Source: Alphaproteobacteria bacterium (GTDB taxonomy: Bacteria; Pseudomonadota; Alphaproteobacteria; Reyranellales; Reyranellaceae). From it: a stretch of DNA of 64,000 nucleotides. Of this stretch, positions 8,621-18,948 are shown in pieces (positions within the stretch are counted from its first letter, which is position 1; the number at the start of each line of letters is the position of its first letter). The DNA lies in NCBI GenBank assembly GCA_019235415.1, contig JAFAKN010000131.1, positions 15,219 through 79,218 on the forward strand, in the 5' to 3' direction. The notes under the pieces were generated by a model. That model saw only the letters and a program-made list of their open reading frames with translations, did not search any database and had not been told where the DNA came from. A program made the translations under genes and the position numbers.

Positions 8621-9340
8621 ATGAGCATCACGACCCTGCGCCACCGGCCCGGCACCTACCTGCGCGGCGAGGAGACCCGCCGGCGCATCCTCGGCACCGC
8701 GCTCGAGATGTTCGCCGAGCAGGGTTACGAGGCCACCAGCACGCGCCTTCTCGCGGAGCGGGCGGGGGTCAACCTGCCCGCCATTCCGTACTACTTTGGC
8801 AGCAAGGAGGGCCTCTATCGGGCCGTCGTCTCGTTCTGCGTCGAAGAGAGCGAGGCCTTCATGGCGCCGGTCACCGCCAAGGCGCTGGCGCTCCTCGAGA
8901 AGAAGGGCACCACGAGCGAGGAACTGATTGACGCGCTGTGCTCGATCCTCGAACGCTTCGTGGTGCTCGTCTCGCGCGGCGAGGAGGTCGAGGCGCGACG
9001 GCTGTTGTGGGCGCGCGCTGAGGTCGAGCGCACACCGGTCCTCGTGCGCCTCCAAGAAGAGGGACGCCGGCAGATTTTCGAGCCCTGCGCCGCCCTCATA
9101 GGCCGTCTGTTCGGGCGTGCGCTGGACGATCCGGCAACCATACTGCGAACGCTCGCCGTGTTCGGCCAGGCCACGATCTTCTGCCACACCACCGTGCAGC
9201 AGATCCTCGGCGAGGCGACGATCGGCGAAGATCGTGTCGCCGCAGTGTGTGCGCTGGTGCGCTCGCAGACCGAGGCCATTTTGCGCGCAGCGCTGGCCGG
9301 CAAGGCCGCAGTCGCGAAACCAAGGGGCAGCAGGAAATGA
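8621..9340 (+). CDS. TetR family transcriptional regulator
   Basis: N-terminal HTH ILGTALEMFAEQGYEATSTR..AGVN...YYFGSKEGLY. Confidence 0.9.
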   Translation: MSITTLRHRPGTYLRGEETRRRILGTALEMFAEQGYEATSTRLLAERAGVNLPAIPYYFGSKEGLYRAVVSFCVEESEAFMAPVTAKALALLEKKGTTSEELIDALCSILERFVVLVSRGEEVEARRLLWARAEVERTPVLVRLQEEGRRQIFEPCAALIGRLFGRALDDPATILRTLAVFGQATIFCHTTVQQILGEATIGEDRVAAVCALVRSQTEAILRAALAGKAAVAKPRGSRK

Positions 9341-10917
9341 CGAGCGCGTCGCAGGCGACCCGGACGACGTGGCGTCTGGGGCGAGCCGCCTTGGCGCTCG
9401 CCGCGCCGATGGCGGTCGCGGCGATGGTGACGGCCTGCACCGTCGGGCCGGACTTCAAGTCGCCGGACAAGCCCAGCGTCGAGGGCTACACGCCGGAAAA
9501 CCTGGTGCCGCGCACCTCATCGGCGCCGGTCCATGGCGGCGAAGCGCAGTCGCTGATGCTGGGCGCCGACGTTCCAGGCCGCTGGTGGGAGCTTTACCAT
9601 TCCGGTGAGCTCGACCAGCTGGTCGAGCAGGCGCTGCGCGCCAATCCCGACCTGGACGCCGCGCAAGCCGCCCTGCGGCAGGCGCGCGAGCAGCTCTACG
9701 CCCAGCAGGGCGCATTGTTTCCTACGATCAGCGGCAATTCCGGCGCCACGCAGCAGCTGCAGAGCGGCAATCAGTTCGGCCAGCCGAGCTTTACCTCGCA
9801 GTTCGGCGTGACGACGGCGTCGCTCAGCGTCGCCTACGCACCGGACCTTTGGGGCGGCGTGCGCCGGCAGGTCGAATCGCAGGCCGCGCTGGCGGAGTAC
9901 CAGCGCTTCCAGCTCGAGGCCGCCTATCTCACCTTGACCGCCAACGTGGTGGTCGCGGCCGTCAATCTCGCCTCGCTGCGCGGCCAGATCGCCGCGACCG
10001 AGGTCATCATCCGGCTGCAGACCGACGGGCTGCGGCTGGTGCAGGAACAGTTCACCATGGGCGGCGCCTCGCGCGCCGACGTGCTCGCCCAGCAAGCGAG
10101 CCTGGCGCAGACTCAGGCGACGCTGCCACCCCTGCAGAAGCAGCTCGCGCAGCAGCGCAACCAGCTCATGCGTTACCTCGGCCTGGCGCCGACCGAGGAT
10201 GCCGGGCAGGGCCTGCAGCTGGAAACCCTGCAGCTGCCCAAGGACCTGCCGCTCAGTCTGCCCTCGCAACTCGTGGAGCAGCGACCCGACGTCCGTGCTT
10301 CGGAGGCGCAGCTGCATTCGGCGAGCGCCAATATCGGCGTCGCGACGGCCGCCCAGCTGCCGCAGTTCAACATCACCGGGCAGCTGGGTACGGCATCGCT
10401 GGGTGTCGCCTCCATGTTCGGGCCTGGCACCGCCTTCTGGAGCCTCGGCGTCAGCGCCGCGCAGACCCTGATCGACGGCGGGCAGCTCGAGCACAAGAAG
10501 CGGGCCGCCGTGGCCGCTTTCGACCAAGCGGCGGCGAGCTATCGCGGGATCGTGCTCTCGGCGTTCCAGGACGTCGCCAATGCGCTGCGGGCGTTGCAGT
10601 CCGACGCCGGGGCGCTCACCGCCGCTGTCGCGGCAGAGCAGGATGCCGAGCAGAGCTACGCTCTGTCGCAGCAGCAGTACCAGGCCGGCGCGATCAGTTA
10701 CCTGACGCTGTTGAACGCGCAGCAGACTTACGAGAACGCCCTCATCAACCGCGTGAAGGCGCAAGCGGCCCGCTACAGCGACGTGGCTGCCCTGTTCGAG
10801 GCGCTGGGCGGCGGCTGGTGGCACCGAGCCGACGTCGATCCCAAATCGTTGGGCAAGCCGGACATCTTCTGGCTGCCGCCATTTCAGGACGTGCACCTGC
10901 CGCGCTCGGGACACTGA
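9337..10917 (+). CDS. RND efflux outer membrane lipoprotein (NodT/OprM family)
   Basis: Lipobox VTAC then TVGPDF; DLWGGVRR, QRPDVRASE; start overlaps TetR stop. Confidence 0.9.
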   Translation: MTSASQATRTTWRLGRAALALAAPMAVAAMVTACTVGPDFKSPDKPSVEGYTPENLVPRTSSAPVHGGEAQSLMLGADVPGRWWELYHSGELDQLVEQALRANPDLDAAQAALRQAREQLYAQQGALFPTISGNSGATQQLQSGNQFGQPSFTSQFGVTTASLSVAYAPDLWGGVRRQVESQAALAEYQRFQLEAAYLTLTANVVVAAVNLASLRGQIAATEVIIRLQTDGLRLVQEQFTMGGASRADVLAQQASLAQTQATLPPLQKQLAQQRNQLMRYLGLAPTEDAGQGLQLETLQLPKDLPLSLPSQLVEQRPDVRASEAQLHSASANIGVATAAQLPQFNITGQLGTASLGVASMFGPGTAFWSLGVSAAQTLIDGGQLEHKKRAAVAAFDQAAASYRGIVLSAFQDVANALRALQSDAGALTAAVAAEQDAEQSYALSQQQYQAGAISYLTLLNAQQTYENALINRVKAQAARYSDVAALFEALGGGWWHRADVDPKSLGKPDIFWLPPFQDVHLPRSGH

Positions 10918-10972
10918 CCGGGCCAGTGACTAGCGCGGACGGCGTCGCGCCAGTCCGCATGGAGACGACACA

Positions 10973-12103
10973 ATGATCAAGCGCATGCTCATCATGTTGG
11001 TCACCGTCGCCATTGTTCTCGGTGGCGTATTCGGCTTCAAGGCCGTGGTTGGCATGAAGATCAAGGAATTCATGTCCGGCATGGGCAACATGCCGCAGAC
11101 CGTATCGACTGCGACCGCCGTCGAGACCGAATGGCAGGACCGGCTCGAGGCGGTCGGCAGCCTGCGCGCGGTGCGCGGCGCCGACCTGTCGCTCGAGGTG
11201 CCGGGCATCGTCGAGGAGATCAACTTCCAGTCCGGCGACGATGTCGAGGCCGGCAAGGTCCTGCTCAAGCTGCGCGACAACGACGAGGTTGCCAAGCTGC
11301 ATTCGCTCGAAGCGATGGCGAAGCTCTACACGCTGAACTACGAGCGCAACTCGCGACTGCTCAGGACCCAGGCGGTGGCCCAGTCGACGGTCGACAACGA
11401 CGCCGCCAACCTGCAGAACTTCCAGGCCCAGGTCGACCAGCAGAAGGCGATGGTCGAGAAGAAGACCCTGCGCGCACCCTTCGCGGGCCGGCTGGGCTTG
11501 CGCCAGATCGATCTCGGCCAATACCTGGCGGCGGGCACCGTGATCGCCACGCTGCAGGCACTGACGCCGATCTACGCCGACTTCTTCCTGCCGCAGCAGG
11601 ATATCGCCAAGATCAAGGTCGGCCAGGCGGTGACGGCCAAGGTCGACACTTATCCGGGCGAGCTGTTCAAGGGCACCATCACGGCGATCAACCCCAAGAT
11701 CGACACCGGCACGCGCAACGTTCAGGTGCGCGCCACGCTCGACAACGACGACCGCAGGCTCCTGCCCGGCATGCACGTGAGCGTCGCAATCGCGGTCGGT
11801 GCGCCGCAGCAGCTGGTGACGCTGCCGCAGACGGCGATCAGCTACAATCCGTACGGCAACCTGGTCTACGTCGTCGACAACAGGGGCAAGGACGGCCAGG
11901 GCAAGGACCGGCTGACGGTCCATCAGGTCTTCGTCACCTTGGGCGCGACGCGCGGCGACCAGGTCGCGGTGCTGAAGGGTGTGGGCGAGGGCCAGGTCGT
12001 CGTCACCGGCGGGCAGATGAAGCTGCGCAACGGCGTGCCGATCACCGTCAACAACACGGTGCAGCCGGCCAACGACGCCCATCCGCAACCGGTCGATCGC
12101 TGA
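10973..12103 (+). CDS. RND efflux periplasmic adaptor (MFP)
   Basis: N-terminal TM anchor, lipoyl-like halves, LRAPFAGRLG. Confidence 0.92.
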   Translation: MIKRMLIMLVTVAIVLGGVFGFKAVVGMKIKEFMSGMGNMPQTVSTATAVETEWQDRLEAVGSLRAVRGADLSLEVPGIVEEINFQSGDDVEAGKVLLKLRDNDEVAKLHSLEAMAKLYTLNYERNSRLLRTQAVAQSTVDNDAANLQNFQAQVDQQKAMVEKKTLRAPFAGRLGLRQIDLGQYLAAGTVIATLQALTPIYADFFLPQQDIAKIKVGQAVTAKVDTYPGELFKGTITAINPKIDTGTRNVQVRATLDNDDRRLLPGMHVSVAIAVGAPQQLVTLPQTAISYNPYGNLVYVVDNRGKDGQGKDRLTVHQVFVTLGATRGDQVAVLKGVGEGQVVVTGGQMKLRNGVPITVNNTVQPANDAHPQPVDR

Positions 12104-12115
12104 GCGAGGGCGCCG

Positions 12116-15100
12116 ATGAAATTCACCGACCTCTTCATCCGCCGGCCGGTGCTCGCCATGGTGGTGAGCCTGCTGATCCTGGTGCTTGGCGTGCGCGCCG
12201 TAGGAACCCTGCAGGTGCTGCAGTATCCCCGCACCGAGAACGCCGTGGTCACCGTCAGCACGGTCTATTACGGCGCCGATCCCGACGTCGTGGCGGGCTT
12301 CATCACGACGCCGCTGGAGCAGGCCATCGCCCAGGCCAACGGCATCGACTATATGACCTCGACCAGCACCAGCGGCGCCAGCACGATCACGGTGTACCTG
12401 CGGCTGAACTACGATTCGAACAAGGCGCTGTCGGAGATCAATACCAAGGTGAACTCGGTGTTGAACCGCCTGCCGCCCGGCACGCAGCAGCCGGTGCTGA
12501 CGGTCAAGGTCGGCCAGACCATCGACGCCATGTATCTCGGCTTCAACAGTTCGGAGCTGGCGCCCAACCAGATCACCGACTACCTGACGCGCGTGGTGCA
12601 GCCCAAGCTGCAGGCCGTCGAAGGTGTGCAGACCGCCGAGCTTTTGGGCGCCAAGAACTTCGCGCTGCGCGCCTGGCTCGACCCCGAGAAGCTCGCGGCC
12701 TTCGGCCTGACCGCTGCGGACGTCGCCACGCAGCTCTCCAACAACGACTACATCTCGGGGCTCGGCACCACCAAGGGCCAGATGGTTCAGGTGATGCTGA
12801 GCGCGTCGACCAGCCTGCATACGCTCGACGAGTTCCGCAACCTGGTGCTGAAGCAGCAGGGCGGGGCGATCGTGCGCCTGAAGGACGTCGCCAACGTCAC
12901 TCTGGGGTCGGACGATTACGATTCGCAGGTCGCGTTCGACGGCCAGCAGGCAGTGTACATCGGCATCCAGGTGGCGCCTTCGGCCAACCTCCTGGACGTC
13001 GTCAAGGGCGTGCGCGCCGTCTTTCCCGAGATCGTCGGCAACATGCCGCAAGGGCTGGACGGACGCATCGTCTACGACGCGACGGAATTCGTGAACAGCG
13101 CGATCGACGAAGTGATTCGCACGTTGGTCGAAGCGCTGGTCATCGTCACCTTGGTTGTGTTCGCCTTCCTGGGCTCGGTGCGCTCGGTGCTGATCCCCAC
13201 CATTGCCATTCCATTGTCCCTGGTCGGCACCTTCACGTTGATGCTGGCCTTCGGCTTCTCCATCAATCTTTTGACCTTGCTGGCGCTGGTGTTGGCCATC
13301 GGCCTGGTGGTCGACGACGCCATCATCGTCGTCGAGAACGTCAACCGCCATCTCGAGGAAGGCATGGCGCCCATGCCCGCCGCCATCCAGGCGGCCCGCG
13401 AGCTCGCCGGCCCGATCATCGCCATGACCGTCGTGCTGGTCGCGGTCTACGTCCCGATCGGCTTCCAGAAAGGCTTGACGGGCGCGCTGTTCACCGAGTT
13501 CGCTTTCACGCTGGTGGGCGCCGTCACGGTCTCGGCGATCGTGGCGCTGACGCTTTCGCCCATGATGTGCTCGCGACTCCTGAAGCCGCACGGACAGGGC
13601 GTGAGCCGCTGGGAGGCGTGGCTGATCCGCGTCATCGACCGCAGCTTCGACGGGCTGCGCCGCCTCTATTCGCGCCGTCTGCACGGAAGTCTCAACTACC
13701 TGCCGGTGACGGGCGCGTTCGCCGCCATCGTGCTCGTCAGCCTGTACTTTCTCTACACCAGCACCAAGAGCGAGCTGGCGCCGCAGGAGGACCAGGGCGT
13801 CATCATCACGCTGTCGACGGCGTCGCCGACCGCGACCATCGACCAGCGGCTGCTGTATGGCCGGCAGGTCTACGAGATCTTCCGCGGCCATCCCGAGACC
13901 GACCATGTGTTCCAGCTCGACGTCCCGGGCCAATCGATCGCCGGCATGGTGCTGACGCCGTGGGACAGGCGAACGACGACGACCAACCAGATGATGCCCG
14001 TGGTGCAGCAGGAGGTGAGCAAGGTGGCCGGCGCGCAGGTGGTGGCCTTCCAGCCCCCGCCGCTGCCGGGCAGCCAGGGCTTGCCCGTGCAGTTCATGAT
14101 CACCACCACCGCGCCCTTCAACCAGCTGAACGAGGTCGCCCAGCAGTTCCTGCAGGAGGCGCTGAAGAGCGGCATGTTCATGTTCATGAACACCGACCTC
14201 AAGGTCGATCAGCCGCAGGTCACCGTCGAAATCGACCGCGACAAGGCGGCCCAGCTCGGGCTGAAGATGAGCGACGTCGGCAGCGCGCTCGCCTGGATGC
14301 TGGGCGGCGGTTACGTCAACTACTTCAGCCTGGACGGACGGTCGTACAAGGTGATGCCGCAGGTGGCGCAGCGCGCGCGGCTCAATCCCGAGCAGCTGCT
14401 CAACTACTACATCCGCGCCGCCGACGGGACGTCGGTGCCGGTCTCGACGGTCGCCAAGATCACCACCAAGGTCATTCCCGAATCGCTCAACCACTTCCAG
14501 CAGTTAAACAGCGCCACAATCCAGGGCGTGGCGATGCCGGGCGTGGCGCAGGCCGAGGCGCTGGATTACCTGAAGGACCTCGCGGCCCGCACCCTGCCGC
14601 AGGGCTACATGGTCGACTATGGCGGGCTGTCACGCCAGTACGTCCAGGAATCGGGCGGCTTCATCGTCACCTTCGGCTTCGCGCTGATCATCATCTTCCT
14701 GTCGCTGGCCGCCCTGTTCGAGAGCTTCCGCGACCCGCTGATCATCCTGTTCTCGGTGCCGATGTCGCTGGCAGGCGCGCTGCTCTTTTTAACGGTGCTG
14801 AGCACGCTCGGCATCCCGGGCGCCACCCTCAACATCTACACCGAGGTCGGCCTGGTGACCTTGATGGGTCTGATCAGCAAGCACGGCATCCTGATCGTCG
14901 AGGTCGCCAACACCCTGCAGCGCGAGGGCAAGTCCAAGCGCGAGGCGATCGAGGAGGCGTCGGCGATCCGGTTGCGGCCGATCCTGATGACCACGGCCGC
15001 GATGGTGCTGGGCGTTGTGCCGCTGATCGTCGCCACCGGCGCGGGCGCCGTCTCCCGCTTCAGCATGGGCTTGGTGATCGCCACCGGCATCGCCATCGGC

Positions 15101-15202
15101 ACGCTCTTCACGCTGTTCGTGGTACCGGCGGTCTACTTGATGCTGGCCGCCGATCATTCGAAAGAACGGCATGGTACGGAGGCACCGGCGCCGGCCGAAT
15201 AA
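12116..15202 (+). CDS. RND efflux permease (MexW/MexI-like)
   Basis: FIRRPVLA, GLVVDDAIIVVEN, SKHGILIVE, RLRPILMT; 1028 aa. Confidence 0.94.
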   Translation: MKFTDLFIRRPVLAMVVSLLILVLGVRAVGTLQVLQYPRTENAVVTVSTVYYGADPDVVAGFITTPLEQAIAQANGIDYMTSTSTSGASTITVYLRLNYDSNKALSEINTKVNSVLNRLPPGTQQPVLTVKVGQTIDAMYLGFNSSELAPNQITDYLTRVVQPKLQAVEGVQTAELLGAKNFALRAWLDPEKLAAFGLTAADVATQLSNNDYISGLGTTKGQMVQVMLSASTSLHTLDEFRNLVLKQQGGAIVRLKDVANVTLGSDDYDSQVAFDGQQAVYIGIQVAPSANLLDVVKGVRAVFPEIVGNMPQGLDGRIVYDATEFVNSAIDEVIRTLVEALVIVTLVVFAFLGSVRSVLIPTIAIPLSLVGTFTLMLAFGFSINLLTLLALVLAIGLVVDDAIIVVENVNRHLEEGMAPMPAAIQAARELAGPIIAMTVVLVAVYVPIGFQKGLTGALFTEFAFTLVGAVTVSAIVALTLSPMMCSRLLKPHGQGVSRWEAWLIRVIDRSFDGLRRLYSRRLHGSLNYLPVTGAFAAIVLVSLYFLYTSTKSELAPQEDQGVIITLSTASPTATIDQRLLYGRQVYEIFRGHPETDHVFQLDVPGQSIAGMVLTPWDRRTTTTNQMMPVVQQEVSKVAGAQVVAFQPPPLPGSQGLPVQFMITTTAPFNQLNEVAQQFLQEALKSGMFMFMNTDLKVDQPQVTVEIDRDKAAQLGLKMSDVGSALAWMLGGGYVNYFSLDGRSYKVMPQVAQRARLNPEQLLNYYIRAADGTSVPVSTVAKITTKVIPESLNHFQQLNSATIQGVAMPGVAQAEALDYLKDLAARTLPQGYMVDYGGLSRQYVQESGGFIVTFGFALIIIFLSLAALFESFRDPLIILFSVPMSLAGALLFLTVLSTLGIPGATLNIYTEVGLVTLMGLISKHGILIVEVANTLQREGKSKREAIEEASAIRLRPILMTTAAMVLGVVPLIVATGAGAVSRFSMGLVIATGIAIGTLFTLFVVPAVYLMLAADHSKERHGTEAPAPAE

Positions 15203-15244
15203 CCCTCCCCCGACATACGGGGGCGGAGGGAGAGGCCACACCGC

Positions 15245-15334
15245 TGTCATCCCGAGCGTAGCGAGGGATCCTTCGTAAGCCTTAAAGATCCCTCGCTGCG
15301 CTCGGGATGACAGGTGGCTACGCTCGGGATGACA
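15245..15334. repeat. REP-like family A copy with duplicated right arm
   Basis: TGTCATCCCGAGCG...CGCTCGGGATGACA (15245-15312) plus extra CTACGCTCGGGATGACA (15318-15334). Confidence 0.9.
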
Positions 15335-15473
15335 TTTGTCGCTCGGCACGACAGCCGTTCGTCACTTCCGCCTCCGGCCCTTCGGGCCGCCTCCCGCAAG
15401 ACGGGCGAGGCTGGTCAAGGTCGAGACATGCGGGATTGCGGCTGGACAGGAACAAACAGCCACGCCTACGGTC

Positions 15474-15603
15474 CTCTCCTCCCTGCGCACCGCGCGGGGA
15501 GGTGTCGGCGTCTTACGCCGAAGGAGGGGTCATGAGTCATGAGCTTGACCCCTCCGTCCGCTGCGCGGACACCTCCCCATCGCGGGCTCCGCGATGGGGA
15601 GGT
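15474..15603. repeat. Long palindromic repeat family B
   Basis: GGGGAGGTGTCG..GGAGGGGTCATGA...GACCCCTCCGTCCGC..GCGGACACCTCCCC, shared with 16540-16669. Confidence 0.8.
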
Positions 15604-15680
15604 GATGACTAGCGCAATCAAGAAAAACAGCTGTGCGTGCTTTTGCTGCGCGTAGAGCTTCGATGCGAAGGGAGGACTCG

Positions 15681-16421
15681 GTGGCTGTTCTCGAGCTCAA
15701 GCGCATCTCCAAGCATTTCGGTGCCATCGAGGCCTTGTCGCAGGTCGATTTCGAGCTCGACGGCGGGCAGATCGTCGGATTGATGGGCGATAACGGCGCC
15801 GGCAAATCGACCTTGGTCAAGATCATGGCCGGCAACTTTCCACCGTCGGATGGCGAGATGCTGCTGGACGGCCAACCGGTGCATTTCCACAAGCCGGTCG
15901 ATGCGCGCGTCGCCGGCATCGAGGTCGTCTACCAGGACCTGGCGCTGTGCAACAACCTCACCGCTTCGGCCAACGTCTTCCTGGCGCGCGAGCAGACCCG
16001 CGGCTTCGGTCCGTTCCGCATACTCGACGATCGCGCGATGAACGAGCGGGCTCGCGAGCTGTTCGCCGAACTGAAATCCGAGACGCGGCCGGCCGAGAAG
16101 GTCCGCACGATGTCGGGCGGCCAGCGGCAGGCCGTCGCCATCGCGCGCACGCACCTGTCGCGGGCCAAGATCGTGCTGATGGACGAGCCGACAGCTGCGA
16201 TCAGCGTGCGGCAGGTCGCGGAAGTCCTCGACCTGCTGCGGCGGTTGCGCGACCAGGGCATGGCGGTGGTGCTGATCAGCCATCGCATGCCCGACGTGTT
16301 CGGCGTCGCCGACCGCATCGTCGTGCTGCGGCGCGGCCACAAGGTCGCCGACAAGCCCATCGAGGCGAGCTCGCCTGAAGAGGTCACCGGCCTCATCACC
16401 GGCGCCATCCGGGTGGCGTGA
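15681..16421 (+). CDS. Sugar ABC transporter ATP-binding protein
   Basis: SD GGAGG before GTG; GDNGAGKS, MSGGQRQ, LMDEP. Confidence 0.92.
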   Translation: MAVLELKRISKHFGAIEALSQVDFELDGGQIVGLMGDNGAGKSTLVKIMAGNFPPSDGEMLLDGQPVHFHKPVDARVAGIEVVYQDLALCNNLTASANVFLAREQTRGFGPFRILDDRAMNERARELFAELKSETRPAEKVRTMSGGQRQAVAIARTHLSRAKIVLMDEPTAAISVRQVAEVLDLLRRLRDQGMAVVLISHRMPDVFGVADRIVVLRRGHKVADKPIEASSPEEVTGLITGAIRVA

Positions 16422-16539
16422 GCCATGAGCGAGACACGCGACGTAGCCGGCGCTGCTCAGGTGGAGCGCAGACCTCCTGGTCCGCGTCATGAGCATGAGC
16501 GGACCAGGAGAGGCTGTGAATCTATCGGCGCGGATTTCA

Positions 16540-16669
16540 TTCTCCTCCCCAGCTTTTGCTGGGGAGGTGTCGCCGTCTTACGGCGACGGAGGGGTCATGA
16601 TCCTCATGAATCATGACCCCTCCGTCCGCGATGGCGCGGACACCTCCCCAACTCCGTTGGGGAGGAGAA
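16540..16669. repeat. Long palindromic repeat family B
   Basis: TTCTCCTCCCC...GGGGAGGAGAA outer inverted repeat with nested hairpins. Confidence 0.8.
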
Positions 16670-16686
16670 CGAGGGCCGCGCTCCAT

Positions 16687-17655
16687 ATGAAGAGAGGTCT
16701 CGCGTTCCTGCGCACGTGGTTCGCGGCACAGCCGTTCTGGGTCACGGTTGCCGTCCTCATCATCTGCGCGGTGATGAGCTGGCTCGAGCCCCAGTCGTTT
16801 CCGACGCGGGACAACTTCTTCAACATCACGCGCAACTTCGCCTACATCGGCATCATGGCGCTGGGCATGATGGCGGTGATCATCACCGGCGGCATCGACC
16901 TGTCGGTCGGCTCGGTGATGGGCCTCGCCGGCATCGTCTGCGGCCTCGTGCTGCAGGCCGGCCATTCCTGGTGGCTCGCGGTGCTGGCCGGACTCGGCAG
17001 CGGCGCGCTGTGCGGCCTGATCAACGGCCTCTTCGTCGCCTATGTCGGGCTACCGTCGTTCGTCGTCACGCTCGGCATGCTGGCGGCGGCGCGATCGTTC
17101 GCCGTCGTGTTGTCTGAAAACAAGATGATCTACGACTTCGGGCCGGACGGAGACATCTTCAATGCGATCGGCGGCGGCGAGATTGCCGGCATCTCCAACA
17201 TGGTCTGGCTGCTGCTGATCATGGCCTTCGTCTTCGGGTTCGTCTTCCGCTTCACGCCTTGGGGGCGGCATGTCTATGCCGTCGGCGGTAACGAGGCGGC
17301 CGCGCGCCTTGCCGGCGTCGCCGTCAATCGCATCAAGCTCCAGGTCTACACGCTCTGCGCCCTGACGGCGGCGATCGCCGCCGTCATGGTCGTCGGCTGG
17401 CAGGGCTCGGCCATCAATGCGCTGGGCACGGGCTACGAGCTCAGGGTCATCGCCTCGACGGTCATCGGCGGCGCCAACCTGATGGGCGGCGAAGGCGGCG
17501 CCTACGCGGCCTTGATCGGTGCGACGCTGATCGAGGTCATTCGCAACAGCCTCTTGATGGCCGGCATCGATTCGAATTGGCAGGGCGCCTTCGTCGGCGC
17601 CTTCATCGTTCTCGCGGTTCTGCTCGAGCGGATCCGCGGAAGCCGCGCCGACTGA
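16687..17655 (+). CDS. Sugar ABC transporter permease (start uncertain)
   Basis: ITGGIDLSVGS, GGNEAAARLAGV, VIGGANLMGG; frame is open upstream to 16489 through a repeat. Confidence 0.85.
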   Translation: MKRGLAFLRTWFAAQPFWVTVAVLIICAVMSWLEPQSFPTRDNFFNITRNFAYIGIMALGMMAVIITGGIDLSVGSVMGLAGIVCGLVLQAGHSWWLAVLAGLGSGALCGLINGLFVAYVGLPSFVVTLGMLAAARSFAVVLSENKMIYDFGPDGDIFNAIGGGEIAGISNMVWLLLIMAFVFGFVFRFTPWGRHVYAVGGNEAAARLAGVAVNRIKLQVYTLCALTAAIAAVMVVGWQGSAINALGTGYELRVIASTVIGGANLMGGEGGAYAALIGATLIEVIRNSLLMAGIDSNWQGAFVGAFIVLAVLLERIRGSRAD

Positions 17656-17710
17656 GGCGTTCGGTCAACCTCGCCCGGTCGGCGTCAACCTGCGAACGGA
17701 GGAAACGCCC

Positions 17711-18736
17711 ATGAAGGAAAAACTGATTGCAAAGCTCTTGGCCGCAACGGCGATGGCGGCGGCCATCGTCGCGATCAGTCAAGCCGCGGACGCCCAGTCG
17801 AAGAAGTACGTGTTCGCGCTGGTGCCGAAGAACACCAACAACCCGTTCTTCGACCAGGCCCGCGACGGCTGCAAGAAGGCCGAGAAGGAGCTCGGCGGCG
17901 CCATCGAATGCCTGTACATAGGACCAGGCGAACATGGCGGCGGCGAGGAGCAGGTCCAGGTCGTCAACGACCTGATCGCCAAGAAGGTCGACGGCATCGC
18001 CGTCTCGCCATCGAACGCCGCGGCCATGGGCAAGGCGCTGGAAGGCGCCAAGGCGGCCGGCATCCCGGTGCTGACCTGGGACAGCGACCTTCTGGACAAG
18101 GACAAGGCGCTGCGCATCGCCTATGTCGGCACGCACAACTACGAGATCGGCGTCAACCTCGCCAAGATCGCCCAGAAGCTCAAGCCCCAGGGCGGCACGA
18201 TCTGCATCCAGTCGGGCGGCGCGGCAGCAGCCAACCACAACGAGCGCATGCAGGGCATTCGCGACACGCTCGCCGGCACCAAGAGCGCGCAGGCGCCCGG
18301 CACCAAGCTCACCGGCCAGAACGGCTGGACGGAGGTCGCCGGCTGCCCGCTCTACACCGACGACGACTTCCCACGCTCGGTCCAGCAGATGGAGGACATC
18401 TTGGGCAAGTATCCCAAGCTCGATGCCTTCATTCCTACGGGCGGCTTCCCGCAGTTCATCCCGCAGGCCTACAAGCGGGTCGCCGAGAAGTACAAGGCGC
18501 GTATCGCCGACGGGTCGCTGGCGCTGGTCGTGGCCGACACGCTGCCGGTGCAGATGGACCTCTTGAAAGCCGGCCTGTCGAAGGGCCAGGTCGGCCAGCG
18601 CCCCGCCGAGATGGGCTACAAGACGATGTTCTTCCTGAAGGACATCAAGGACGGCAAGCCCGCGCCCAATGACCCGACCTACACGGGCCTCGACGTCTGC
18701 ACGCCGGAGACGGCGGCCACCTGCATCGGCAAGTGA
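17711..18736 (+). CDS. Sugar ABC transporter substrate-binding protein
   Basis: Signal peptide; NNPFF, KVDGIAVSP, GIPVLTWDSD. Confidence 0.92.
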   Translation: MKEKLIAKLLAATAMAAAIVAISQAADAQSKKYVFALVPKNTNNPFFDQARDGCKKAEKELGGAIECLYIGPGEHGGGEEQVQVVNDLIAKKVDGIAVSPSNAAAMGKALEGAKAAGIPVLTWDSDLLDKDKALRIAYVGTHNYEIGVNLAKIAQKLKPQGGTICIQSGGAAAANHNERMQGIRDTLAGTKSAQAPGTKLTGQNGWTEVAGCPLYTDDDFPRSVQQMEDILGKYPKLDAFIPTGGFPQFIPQAYKRVAEKYKARIADGSLALVVADTLPVQMDLLKAGLSKGQVGQRPAEMGYKTMFFLKDIKDGKPAPNDPTYTGLDVCTPETAATCIGK

Positions 18737-18820
18737 TGCAGCCGTTCTTCCCCGTCATACGGGGGAGGTGCCCCGCTAGGGGCGGAGGGGGAGGGCTACC
18801 GTCATTGCTATGACGCTCAA

Positions 18821-18889
18821 TGTCATCCCGAGCGTAGCGAGGGACCTTCACGGCAACAGGAAAGGTCCCTCGCTTCGCTCGGGATGACA
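18821..18889. repeat. REP-like family A copy flanked by family B halves
   Basis: TGTCATCCCGAGCGTAGCGAGGGACC...GGTCCCTCGCTTCGCTCGGGATGACA. Confidence 0.92.
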
Positions 18890-18948
18890 GCTATGTGTTG
18901 CCTTCCGCCTCGGGCTCTCGGGCCACCTCTCCCGTTTGACGGGGGAGG

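Noticed and set aside
10745-14494. 1249-aa minus-strand ORF, plus other long overlapping ORFs (11131-15261, 18991-21828, 33918-35162 extension, 57888-59123)
   Set aside because: Antisense or off-frame shadows of well-supported genes, expected in GC-rich DNA; no protein motifs
14789-15349. ORFs containing CHPERSEG, SSRAQRG or YARDD peptides (also near 18848, 25313, 29902, 38990, 61143)
   Set aside because: These are translations of the family A palindrome, not real proteins
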